From positions 114,150 through 178,149 of the forward strand of contig CAVRWG010000002.1 in assembly GCA_963724885.1 (NCBI GenBank): 64,000 nt of DNA, read 5' to 3'. Origin of the DNA: an uncultured Gemmatimonadaceae bacterium. Lineage in GTDB: Bacteria > Gemmatimonadota > Gemmatimonadetes > Gemmatimonadales > Gemmatimonadaceae. The notes under the pieces were generated by a model, which was given only the letters and a program-made list of their open reading frames with translations, was not told where the DNA came from and ran no database searches. Of this stretch, positions 55,568 through 64,000 are shown in pieces. The translations under genes and the position numbers were made by a program. Position 1 is the stretch's first letter; each line of letters begins with the position of its first letter.

Positions 55568-55936
55568 TTGGTGTCAACGGGAAGCTATCAGGATCTGATC
55601 GTGTGGCAGAAAAGCGTGCGCCTGGCCGAGGTCATTTACAATCTCACTGCGCGCTTTCCCGCCGAAGAACGATATGGCCTCGTGTCCCAACTCCGACGCG
55701 CATCCGTGTCCATTTCCGCGAACATCGCGGAGGGCTGGGGTAGGGGTACCAGGCCGGAGCTTCGCAATCGCCTGATGATTTCCCGCGGATCGGTCGACGA
55801 AACGGAATCGGATCTCGTGCTTGCCGAGAAGCTCGGCTTTGCCAGGAGCGGCGAGTTACAGGAAGCCAGAGCCTTGATCATCGAGATCCGCCGAATGCTG
55901 GTAGCGCTCCGCCGAAGCCTGTTGCGACAGTCGTAG
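55568..55936 (+). CDS. Four-helix-bundle protein (TIGR02436 / 23S rRNA intervening-sequence protein family)
   Basis: YQDLIVWQKSVRLAEVIYNLTARFPAEERYGLVSQLRRASVSISANIAEG, the canonical family signature. A strong RBS (gggaggagg) precedes it, and inverted repeats flank it. Confidence 0.75.
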   Translation: MVSTGSYQDLIVWQKSVRLAEVIYNLTARFPAEERYGLVSQLRRASVSISANIAEGWGRGTRPELRNRLMISRGSVDETESDLVLAEKLGFARSGELQEARALIIEIRRMLVALRRSLLRQS

Positions 55937-55994
55937 CAGGCGCATTCTGCATTCTGCTTTCGCTCTGCCTTCTGCCTTCTGCCTTCCGCCTTCT
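55937..55994. repeat. Right inverted repeat flanking four-helix-bundle cassette 1
   Basis: caggcgcattctgcattctgctttcgctctgccttctgccttctgccttccgccttctcta abuts the stop of the downstream permease gene. Confidence 0.6.
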
Positions 55995-57249
55995 CTACTC
56001 GTACCGCAGCGCCTCGATGGGGTCGAGACGCGCCGCGCGCCGCGCCGGAAGCAGACCGAACACGATGCCGATACCGACGGAGACGAACACCGCGAGAATC
56101 GTGAGATCGAGCGGCGGCACCGAGTCGATGTTCATCGCCACGTTCGCCAGGCGCCCGAGCATGAGCCCCGTCCCGATGCCAGCGATGCCGCCGATCCCCG
56201 TGAGCGTCGCCGCCTCGATCAGGAACTGCTGCAGGATGTCGCGGCGCGTCGCGCCCACCGCCTTGCGGATGCCGATCTCGCGCGTGCGCTCCGTGACGGA
56301 GATCATCATCACCGCCATCACGCCGATGCCGCCGACGAGCAGCCCGACGGCGCTCAGCGCCATCATCACGAGGAAGAACGCGCCGGTGATCTTGTTGAAC
56401 AGGTCGAGGATCTGGTCCTGGGTGATCAGGTCGAACGTGTTGCGGATCGGCGGGTCGCAGGTGCCGCAGCTCGCGCAGCGCGACGGTCACGGCGTTCTGC
56501 GCATCGCTCGACGCGTCGACGCCCGGCGCGCGGCTTCACCGAGATGAACAGCGCGTTCGTCTTGTCGATCGTGAACTGATGGTCCAGCATCTGGAACGGG
56601 ACGATCGCGCGAACTGCTCCTGCCCCGGCGGCTCGAAGATGTTCGCCGCTGCCTGGTAGATACCGATGACCTTCGCGGGCCGCCCGCCGATCGCGGATGC
56701 GTCTTGTCGATCGGCTGGATGCTGCCGAACAGCTTGATGGCCACGTCGCTCTCGAGCACGACGACGGCCGCGCCGCTCGCCATCTCGGACCTGGTGAACC
56801 AGCGGCCGGCGGACAAGTTCGCCGCCGTAGATCTCGGGGTAGCCGTCGTCGGCGCCCGTGATCAGCCGCCAGTCCCGTACGCGTGCCGCCGTACTCGAGC
56901 CGGTTGAGGATCTGCCCCCAGAGCGACGCGTACTGGATTTCCGGCAGCGCCGCGATGCGCTCGCCCTCCGGCCGCGGACAGCACCGGGCGGATGCGCACC
57001 CACTTGGGCAGGTTCTCCGGATTGAGCGGCGTCTGCGAGAAGACCTTCATCACGTAGAACGTCGTCGGCCCGGCGATCTCGATCGTGCGCACGATCTGGT
57101 CGCTGGATGCCGTGCACGATCGACGCCATCGCCATCACGTACGAGACGCCGATGACGACGCCGAGGATCGTGAGCGCCGAGCGCATCTTGCTGTGCGCGA
57201 GCGTCGAACGCGACCGCAACGTTCTCCTGAACGTATCGATGAGGTTCAT
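55995..57249 (-). CDS. ABC-transporter permease, FtsX/MacB-like family, paralog 1; internal frameshifts
   Basis: An intact C-terminal FtsX domain (55995..56369; ...[16 protein letters not shown]) and an N-terminal TM at about 57249 (MNLIDTFRRTLRSRSTLAHSKMRSALTILGVVIGV). The middle lies in other frames. Confidence 0.6.
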
Positions 57250-57298
57250 CGGACATCGGATGGTCGGATGACGGACGCGGATGGCAGAGACGCGCATC

Positions 57299-58550
57299 TC
57301 ATTCGGCCCGCAACGCGTTGATGGGATCGAGCCGCGCCGCCCGCGTGCGCCGGATACACGCCGAACAGGACGCCGACGCCCGCGCCGAAGTCCCAGCGCG
57401 AGCAGCGACCGACCAGATGGTGACCCGCGCCGGCAGCGGCGACACCGCCGCGATCAGGCGTGGCGAACAGCACCCGCCCCACGGCACGCCGATCGCGCCG
57501 CCGAGCGTCGCCAGCAGCGTCGCCTCGGCGAGGAACTGCCGACCGATGTCCCGGTGCGTGGCTCCCACCGACTTGCGCAGGCCGATCTCGTGCGTCCGCT
57601 CCTTCACGGACATCAGCATGATGTTCATGATCACGATGCCGCCGACGACGATGCCGATGGCGACCATCGCCGGCACGACCGCGAACAGCACGCTCGTGAG
57701 CTGCTTCCAGAAGCTCACCAGCGCGTCCGCCGTCTCGATCGAGAAGTCCGGCTCCTCGGTCGGGCGCAGCCGGTGCGCGACGCGCATCGCCTCCTCGGCG
57801 CGCGTCATCGCCGTCGCCACCTCGAGCGGCCGTGCGGCATCTTCACCGAGATCGTCGTCGTCTGGCGCCGGCCGTAGATCGACTCGAACGTCGTGATCGG
57901 CATCATCACGAATCCGTCGAACGACTGTCCCAGCACGCGCCCCTTCGCGCGCCACGACGCCGACGATCGTGAACAGCTCGCCGCGAATGCGGACCTGACG
58001 GCCCACCGGATCGACTTCCTCGAACAGTTTCTTGGCGACGTCGGCGCCGATCGACCAGCGACGTGCGACGCTGGCGCACGTCGATCTCGGTGAGCGGCTG
58101 CCCGCTGGAGAAGCGGTAGTCCTGCACCACCTGATGCTCGGGGCTCACGCCGAAGATCAGCACGTCGCCGAGCGTCCGGTTGCGCCACACGACGTCCGAT
58201 TGCGGCGTCGGCCAACCCGACGTGATGCTGATCGCCTCGGCGTCCGGCAGCGCGTGCCGCACGACCTCGGCGTCGGCGTGCGTGATCTTCGGGCGACGCT
58301 GCATGCGCCGCCACTCCTCGTCGTCGATGAGGCCGAAGTTGATCGGCGTGCGGCGGACCTGGAACGAGTTGGAGCCGATCATCGCGTCGGCGACGTTCTC
58401 CTTCACGTACGCGTTCATCCCCTGGATGATCGCGATCACGGCGACGAGGAACGCCACGCTGACGATGATGCCGAGCAGCGTGAAGAAGGACCGCAGCTTG
58501 TTGGCGCGGATCTGCGTCAGGGCGGTGAGGAGGACGTCGGCAAAGCGCAT
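57299..58550 (-). CDS. ABC-transporter permease, FtsX/MacB-like family, paralog 2; internal frameshifts
   Basis: N-terminus MRFADVLLTALTQIRANKLRSFFTLLGIIVSV plus the periplasmic domain (track ORF 57906..58655 frame), and the C-terminal FtsX domain in track ORF 57299..58006 (...RLDPINALRAE*). There is a frame break near the end and another mid-gene. Confidence 0.6.
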
Positions 58551-58551
58551 G

Positions 58552-58830
58552 GAACCGCCGGCGCTTCGCGCCGGATAGCTGCCGGCCCGTTTGCGGCCGG
58601 AGAACTGCCCCTGCGGGCCGGACGACTGCCGGCGCTTCGCGCCGGAGAACTGCACTTCGATTTACACGAGTGCGTGCCGGCGGAGCCGCGTGTCTCAGCA
58701 TGCCAACGCTGCGGTCGTCTGCGGCGATAGCCGCAGCGTTGTCCGCACCGAAGGCGCGGCAGTTGTCCGGCGTAGCCGGCGATTCCCGCCGCGAAGCGGC
58801 GGCCGTTGTCCGCGGCTACGCCGCGGCCGT
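58552..58830. repeat. Intergenic cluster of GC-rich palindromes/hairpins (REP-like)
   Basis: The palindrome gccggcgcttcgcgccgg occurs twice about 75 bp apart. There is an 11-bp perfect stem caacgctgcgg...ccgcagcgttg and a repeated gttgtccg motif. Confidence 0.5.
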
Positions 58831-60106
58831 TCACTCGTATCGCAGCGCCGCCACCGGATCCAGCCGCGCCGCACGCATCGCGGGCAGCAGTCCGAACAGA
58901 ATCCCCGTGAACGCCGACACGCCCAGCGCTGCGACGACCGAACCCACGGGCGTCGAAGCGGGAATCGCGGGCCACATCGTGCGCACGCCGACCGCCACCA
59001 GAATCCCCAGAATCAGCCCCACCGACGCACCGATGCCGGTGAGCGTCACCGCCTCGACCAGGAACTGCCACAGGATCGTTCCCCTCGTCGCGCCCAGCGC
59101 CTTGCGTACGCCGATCTCGCGCGTGCGCTCGGTGACCGAGATCATCATGATCGCGATCACGCCCACGCCGCCCACCAGCAAGCCCACCGACGACAGCGCC
59201 AGCCCGACCACGAAGAAGGTGCCGAAGAGCTGGTTGTAGATGCCCATCAACCGGTCCTGCGTGATGATGGCGAAGTTGTCGGGCTGTGACGGACGCAGCC
59301 CGCGCATCGCGCGCAGCAGCGCGGTCACCTCGTCCGTGGCCTGCTCGACCGACACGCCCTTACGCGGCTTCACGATCAGGTTGTTGCCGCGCATCCAGAA
59401 GTCCAGATGCCGGCGAGCGGTTTCCCAGGGCACGATGGCCTTGGGCGAGTCGCCGCCGCCCGCGGACGTCGGCGTGCCCATCGGGCTCGCCGTGTAGTGA
59501 TAGATGCCGATCACCCGAAGCCGCACGCCGCTGCTGACCTCGACTTCCTTGTCGATCGGGTCCGAGTCGCCGAACAGCTTCTCCGCCAGCTTTTCGTTCA
59601 GGATCACGACGCGCGCGGCATTCTCGTTCTCGGCGTCGGTGAAGCTGCGTCCGGGATAGATGTCGCCACCGTCCACCGCAGTCCAGTTGGCCGTGTAGCC
59701 TTCGACGCCGGCGCCGAGCTCGCGGTCCTTGTAGCGGAACCGCAAGCCGTTGGCCACATGCGATGTGACCGCGAGGATGCTGGGCAGGCGCTGGATCGCG
59801 TCCGCTTCGCTCATGCGGATCATCGGGTTGCGGCGCTCGGGACAGGTTTCGTCGGTGCCGTCGCACACCTGGAAGCCGCCGATGTTGCGGCGGTAGATGA
59901 AGAACGACGTCGGCCCGGCGGCCTCCACGTCGCGAGCGAAGCTCTCGTTGATGCCGCGCACCACCGACGACAGCGCGACGACGACGAAGACGCCGACGGC
60001 GACGCCCATGATCGTGAGACCCGCGCGCACCTTGTTGGCGCGCATCGCGTCCAGCGCGATGCCGACGCCTTCGAGCGCGTGCGAAGACCTTCGTGCCGAT
60101 GCTCAT
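58831..60106 (-). CDS. ABC-transporter permease, FtsX/MacB-like family, paralog 3 (essentially intact; possible frameshift near 60080 at the extreme N-terminus)
   Basis: The 404-aa track ORF carries the N-terminal TM ([22 protein letters not shown]), a periplasmic MacB-like domain and the FtsX domain ending [12 protein letters not shown] conserved ...[11 protein letters not shown]... leader appears only after a frame change upstream of 60045. Confidence 0.75.
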
Positions 60107-60123
60107 CGCATCTATCTCCTGCC

Positions 60124-61354
60124 TCAGCGCTTCGATGGGGTCGAGCCGCGACGCCCGCGTCGCGGGATACACGCCGGACACGATGCCGACGACGGTGCCC
60201 GAGCAGCGTGGCCGCGACCAGCGACCACGGCGCCACGGCGGCGGGCAGCGGCGTCTGCGCTTCGACGATCTTGGCGCCGCAGCAATCCCAGCGCGATGCC
60301 GATGATCGCGCCGAGGGTGCTGAGCGTCGCCGCTCTCGACCAGGAACTGGCTGCAGGATGTCGCGGCGCCGCGCGCCGAGCGACTTGCGGATGCCGATCT
60401 CGCGCGTGCGCTCGGCGACCGCGACGAGCATGATGTTCATGATCACCATGCCGCCGACGATGAGGCCGATGGCGGGGAGCGCGGTGCCGGCGATGGTCAT
60501 GACGTCCATCGTCTTGTTGAAGCACCACGAGCGCGGACGCCGACGTCTCCATGACGAAGTTGTCGGGCTGCGACGGACGCAGCCGACGGTGCCCGCGCAG
60601 GATCTCCCGCGTGAGCTCCATCATCTCGTCCATCATCAGCGGCGAGCTGGCGACTTCACCATCATGCCGTCGATGTCGCCGCGCGGGTTGGTGAGGCGGT
60701 GCAGCGGCGAGTTGAACGGCGCGATCGCCAGCTTGTCCATCGAGAGGCCGAAGAGCGATCCCTGTTTCTCGATGACGCCGATGACGGTGTAGGGAACGCC
60801 GCCGATGCGCAGCTCGCGTCCGAGGGGGTCGAGACCCGGATAGAAGTACGTCGCGACCTCGGCGCCGATCACGACGACGTTGCTGCCGAGGTCCATCTCC
60901 TGCTGCGTGAACGCGCGCCCGGCCGTCAGGTCGTACTGCTTGATGGTGAAGTAGTCGCCCTCGACGGCGTGGGCGTCCACCTGGCGGGGACGCGCCCACT
61001 GGGTCTGGGCCCACGCCTGGTTCTCGCTCTCCACCGCCCAGCGGATGTCGGACGGGAGCGCGCCGGCTACGATCCGAACGTCCTTCTGGTAGAAGCGTGG
61101 CCGCCGGACCCATTCGCGCCAGTCCGCATCGGTGCCTTCGGCGAACCAGGGGAAGCGCCGCACGTGAACGTGTTGGCGCCGAGCATGCGGCCGATGAAGT
61201 CCCGCTCGACGTAGCGGCTCATCCCTTCCACGATCGAGACGACGGCGATGAGGAACATGACGCCGATCGTGACGCCGAGCAGCGTGAAGAAGCTCTTGAG
61301 CTTCTGGACCCGGATCTGGGCCAGTGCCAGGCGGACGGCTTCGAAGATGGGCAA
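60124..61354 (-). CDS. ABC-transporter permease, FtsX/MacB-like family, paralog 4; multiple frameshifts
   Basis: The N-terminus [39 protein letters not shown] (61354), the periplasmic domain in track ORF 60636..61163, and the C-terminus ...[12 protein letters not shown] (about 60124) are spread over three frames. Confidence 0.55.
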
Positions 61355-61396
61355 GAGAGGGAGGAGGGAGGAGGGAGGAGGAGGAGGGAGGAGGGG
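61350..61396. repeat. Left inverted repeat flanking four-helix-bundle cassette 2 ((GGGAGGA)n purine tract)
   Basis: gggcaagagagggaggagggaggagggaggaggaggagggaggagggg is the reverse complement of the (CCCTCCT)n tract at 61829-61871. Confidence 0.6.
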
Positions 61397-61468
61397 TTAG
61401 GGGCGCGATCGTTTGATGACGGTTTTAGGGGATTCTCGGCGATTGTTGGGCAACTTTACCAACGCCGC

Positions 61469-61828
61469 GTGACACACAACGGATATCGCGAGCTAAAAGT
61501 TTGGCACAAGGCAGTCCGACTTGTGGTCAATGTCTATCAGGCGACCCGGAGGTTTCCGCCGGACGAGCGCTACGGATTAACGACCCAGATTCGACGTGCA
61601 GCGGTATCGATCGTGGCAAACATCGCTGAGGGTCATGGCCGAACGACGAGAGGCGAATACCGTCAGCACTTGTCATTCGCCCGCGGTTCGCTGAAGGAAG
61701 TAGAAGCCCTCTGCGAGGTCTCGCGCGAGCTGTCCATCATGGATCACTCGACCTACGATTCCCTCCAGGAGCCCTGCGTGGAAATCAGCAAAATGCTCAC
61801 GGCTCTGAAGCGCTCCCTGGCACCCTAG
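61469..61828 (+). CDS. Four-helix-bundle protein (TIGR02436 / 23S rRNA IVS protein family), second copy
   Basis: YRELKVWHKAVRLVVNVYQATRRFPPDERYGLTTQIRRAAVSIVANIAEG, collinear with the copy at 55568 and with about 45% identity by eye. GTG start assumed. Confidence 0.7.
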   Translation: MTHNGYRELKVWHKAVRLVVNVYQATRRFPPDERYGLTTQIRRAAVSIVANIAEGHGRTTRGEYRQHLSFARGSLKEVEALCEVSRELSIMDHSTYDSLQEPCVEISKMLTALKRSLAP

Positions 61829-61871
61829 GTCCCTCCTCCCTCCTCCCTCCTCCCTCCTCCCTCCTCCCTCC
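61829..61871. repeat. Right inverted repeat flanking four-helix-bundle cassette 2 ((CCCTCCT)n)
   Basis: ccctcctccctcctccctcctccctcctccctcctccctccc abuts the stop codon (cta at 61872-61874) of permease paralog 5. Confidence 0.6.
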
Positions 61872-63122
61872 CTATTCGTATCTCAAAGCCTCTACCGGGT
61901 CGAGTCGCGATGCCTTGAGGGCCGGGAGCATCCCGAAGACGATTCCCGCAAAGGCGCTCGTCGCGAGCGCCATCGCGATGGCCAGCGGCGGTGTGGCGGC
62001 CTCGATCGGCGTCGTGCTGCGGATCAGGAGGGTCAACGCGCCGCCGACGATCAGGCCGACGATCGCGCCCACGAGGGTGAGCGTCGCGGCCTCGACCAGG
62101 AACTGCCAGAGAATAGTCCCTCGCGTGGCGCCCAGCGCCTTGCGGACTCCGATCTCGCGCGTGCGCTCCGTGACCGAGATCATCATGATCGCGATGACGC
62201 CGACGCCGCCGACCAGCAGGCCGATCGCCGAGAGCACCATCATGACCAGGAAGAAGACGCCGACGATGCGGTCGTACAGCTGCATCAGCCGCTCGGGTGT
62301 GGACACGAAGAAGTCGTTGATCTGGGCGGGCCGGAGATGCCGGGTGATTCGCAGGGTCGCGACCACCTCGTCCATCACCGCGTCGCGATTGACGCCGTCG
62401 CGCGGCTTCACGGTGATGTCCATCCAGTCGACCCACGTGTTCAGGCGCCGCTGCGCGGTATTGAACGGAACGATCACCTTGCCGCGATTACCGCTGTCGA
62501 AGACGTTCGCGATCGGCTTGTAGACGCCGATGACGGAGAAGAGCTTGCCCCCGAGCCGCACTTCCTTGCCGACGGCCTCTTCGCCGAGGGACAGCTTCTC
62601 GATGACCTTTTCGTTGACGAGCAGCACGTGCGCGGCGGTCTCGTTCTCGAGCGCCGTGAAGTTGCGGCCGGCGATGATGTCGCCGCCGGTGACGTCGAAC
62701 CACGCGGGTGTGTAGGCGTCCACCGTGACGCCGGGAAGCTCCCGGTCGGCGAACTTGATCGGCGCGCTCGTGCCGATGTGCCCGGTGACGCCTTTGATGT
62801 CCGGGACGCGCTCGATCTCGCGCACCGTCTCGAGGGAGAGCGGCGAGTTCCTCCGCCACGGACAGCTGTCCGCCGAGCCGTTGCACGAGGTGATCTCGGC
62901 GGGCCAGCGCGTGATGAAGAACGTCGTGGGCCCTGCCGCGGCCATGCTCTTGGAGACGCCCGCGTTGATGCCGTGCACCGCCGCGGACATGACCGTCACG
63001 ACGAACACGCCAACGGCGATCCCGAGGATCGTGAGTCCCGCCCGCACCTTGTTGGAGCGGATGGCGTCCAGGGCGATGAGCACACCCTCGAAGATGCTGC
63101 TGAGACGCGTCGGCAGGTTCAT
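61872..63122 (-). CDS. ABC-transporter permease, FtsX/MacB-like family, paralog 5 (intact)
   Basis: The 416-aa ORF carries the N-terminal TM ([22 protein letters not shown]), a periplasmic domain, and an FtsX four-TM domain ending RLDPVEALRYE*. Confidence 0.8.
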   Translation of the reverse strand: MNLPTRLSSIFEGVLIALDAIRSNKVRAGLTILGIAVGVFVVTVMSAAVHGINAGVSKSMAAAGPTTFFITRWPAEITSCNGSADSCPWRRNSPLSLETVREIERVPDIKGVTGHIGTSAPIKFADRELPGVTVDAYTPAWFDVTGGDIIAGRNFTALENETAAHVLLVNEKVIEKLSLGEEAVGKEVRLGGKLFSVIGVYKPIANVFDSGNRGKVIVPFNTAQRRLNTWVDWMDITVKPRDGVNRDAVMDEVVATLRITRHLRPAQINDFFVSTPERLMQLYDRIVGVFFLVMMVLSAIGLLVGGVGVIAIMMISVTERTREIGVRKALGATRGTILWQFLVEAATLTLVGAIVGLIVGGALTLLIRSTTPIEAATPPLAIAMALATSAFAGIVFGMLPALKASRLDPVEALRYE

Positions 63123-63124
63123 GG

Positions 63125-64000
63125 CTACTCCTGCCGCATGGCGTAGATGGGGTCCAGCCGCGCTGCGCGGCTCGCGGGGTACGCTCCCGCGATGATCCCG
63201 ACGCCGGCGCCGATGATCACGGCCATCACCACGGACCAGGGCGCGACAGTGGCAGGGAGCGGGGAGAGAGCGGCCACACCCTGCGACAGGCCGACCCCGA
63301 GCGCGACGCCGAGCCCCGCGCCAACGACGCTGAGCGTCGCGGCCTCGACCAGGAACTGCGCCAGGATGTCACGCCGCTTGGCCCCGATGGACTTGCGAAT
63401 GCCGATCTCGCGCGTGCGCTCCGCCACCGCGACCAGCATGATGTTCATGATCACGATCGCGCCCACGACCAGTCCGATGGCCGGGAGCACCATGCCGGCG
63501 AGAATCAGGAAGCGCCGGATGCCGTTCCACGACGTCAATGCCGACTCGGAGGACTCGAAGACGAAGTCGTCCGCCTCGGCGGGGCGCAGCTTGTGCCGGC
63601 GGCGCATGACCTCGCGGACGATCTCCTTGGTGTTCTCGATCGCCGCGGTATTCGGCGCCTGGATCACGACACCGTACAGGTTGAGCCGCGCGCGCGTGAT
63701 GGTGGACATGTGCGAGTTGAACGGCGCGATCACCTGGCGGTCGAGATTCAGCCCGAACACCGACCCCTGCTTCTCCAGCACCCCGATGATCCTGAACGGA
63801 AAGCGCTGGATCTTCAGCTCGCGCCCGATCGGATCGAGGTTCGGGAAGTAGTGCTCGGCGATCTCGGATCCGACGACGACGACCGGCGACCCGAGCTGCT
63901 CGTCGAGATCGCCGTGCGCCCGGCCCTTGGTGACGACGAGGTCCTTGATGCTGAAATAGTCGGGCGTCACCGCCTGCGCGATGACCTGCGCGCCGCCGTT
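63125..64000 (-). CDS. ABC-transporter permease, FtsX/MacB-like family, paralog 6 (5' end beyond window)
   Basis: Periplasmic domain and FtsX domain ending RAARLDPIYAMRQE*. The stop TAG is 2 nt upstream of the paralog-5 start. Confidence 0.75.
   Translation of the reverse strand, partial: NGGAQVIAQAVTPDYFSIKDLVVTKGRAHGDLDEQLGSPVVVVGSEIAEHYFPNLDPIGRELKIQRFPFRIIGVLEKQGSVFGLNLDRQVIAPFNSHMSTITRARLNLYGVVIQAPNTAAIENTKEIVREVMRRRHKLRPAEADDFVFESSESALTSWNGIRRFLILAGMVLPAIGLVVGAIVIMNIMLVAVAERTREIGIRKSIGAKRRDILAQFLVEAATLSVVGAGLGVALGVGLSQGVAALSPLPATVAPWSVVMAVIIGAGVGIIAGAYPASRAARLDPIYAMRQE

Noticed and set aside
1-64000. tRNA, rRNA, integrase or transposase genes and prophage signatures
   Set aside because: I scanned for the conserved T-loop (GTTCGAATC-like), rRNA-like segments and integrase/transposase motifs in the six-frame translations and found none.

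Overview
High-GC (about 70%) bacterial chromosomal window, densely coding and with no rRNA, tRNA, CRISPR or prophage detected. The expanded FtsX/MacB-type permeases, the many secreted peptidases and the ECF sigma factor suggest an Acidobacteriota/Gemmatimonadota-like soil organism; this is inference only. The main object is a nine-gene minus-strand operon (1-8693) joined by 4-nt ATGA overlaps. It encodes a phosphopantetheinyl transferase, a KASIII-like condensing enzyme, a thioester reductase, a small carrier protein, a class II aaRS-like amino acid:carrier-protein ligase, two ferritin-like di-iron proteins (one fused to a BtaA-like SAM 3-amino-3-carboxypropyl-transferase domain), a GNAT and an MMPL exporter. 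I read it as a candidate, apparently undescribed, aminoacyl-carrier-protein-primed lipid/metabolite biosynthesis and export system. Other content is a peptidase-rich block (M20 x3, M28, S9, amidase, M14, M3 Dcp, M15 dipeptidase), an ECF sigma factor with a YciI-like protein, Nramp, PPK2, NfeD-flotillin, a split TPP decarboxylase, a GGDEF protein, a kinase-like membrane protein with tandem 12-bp repeats, grpE-dnaJ, mnmA-iscS, kynA plus a Tat-signal PLP enzyme, and a tandem array of at least six FtsX/MacB-type permease paralogs. Two four-helix-bundle (23S-rRNA-IVS-protein family) genes are each inserted as a cassette flanked by inverted simple repeats. Several non-coding repeat families are present: an ACGCGGA/TCCGCGT element at two loci, GTTCTCGGCG arrays, and a 530-bp repeat-rich gap. 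At least eight apparent frameshifts occur, some at short T-runs, and they are concentrated at 52-61 kb. Sequencing or assembly error is as likely as pseudogenisation, so coordinates near them are approximate.
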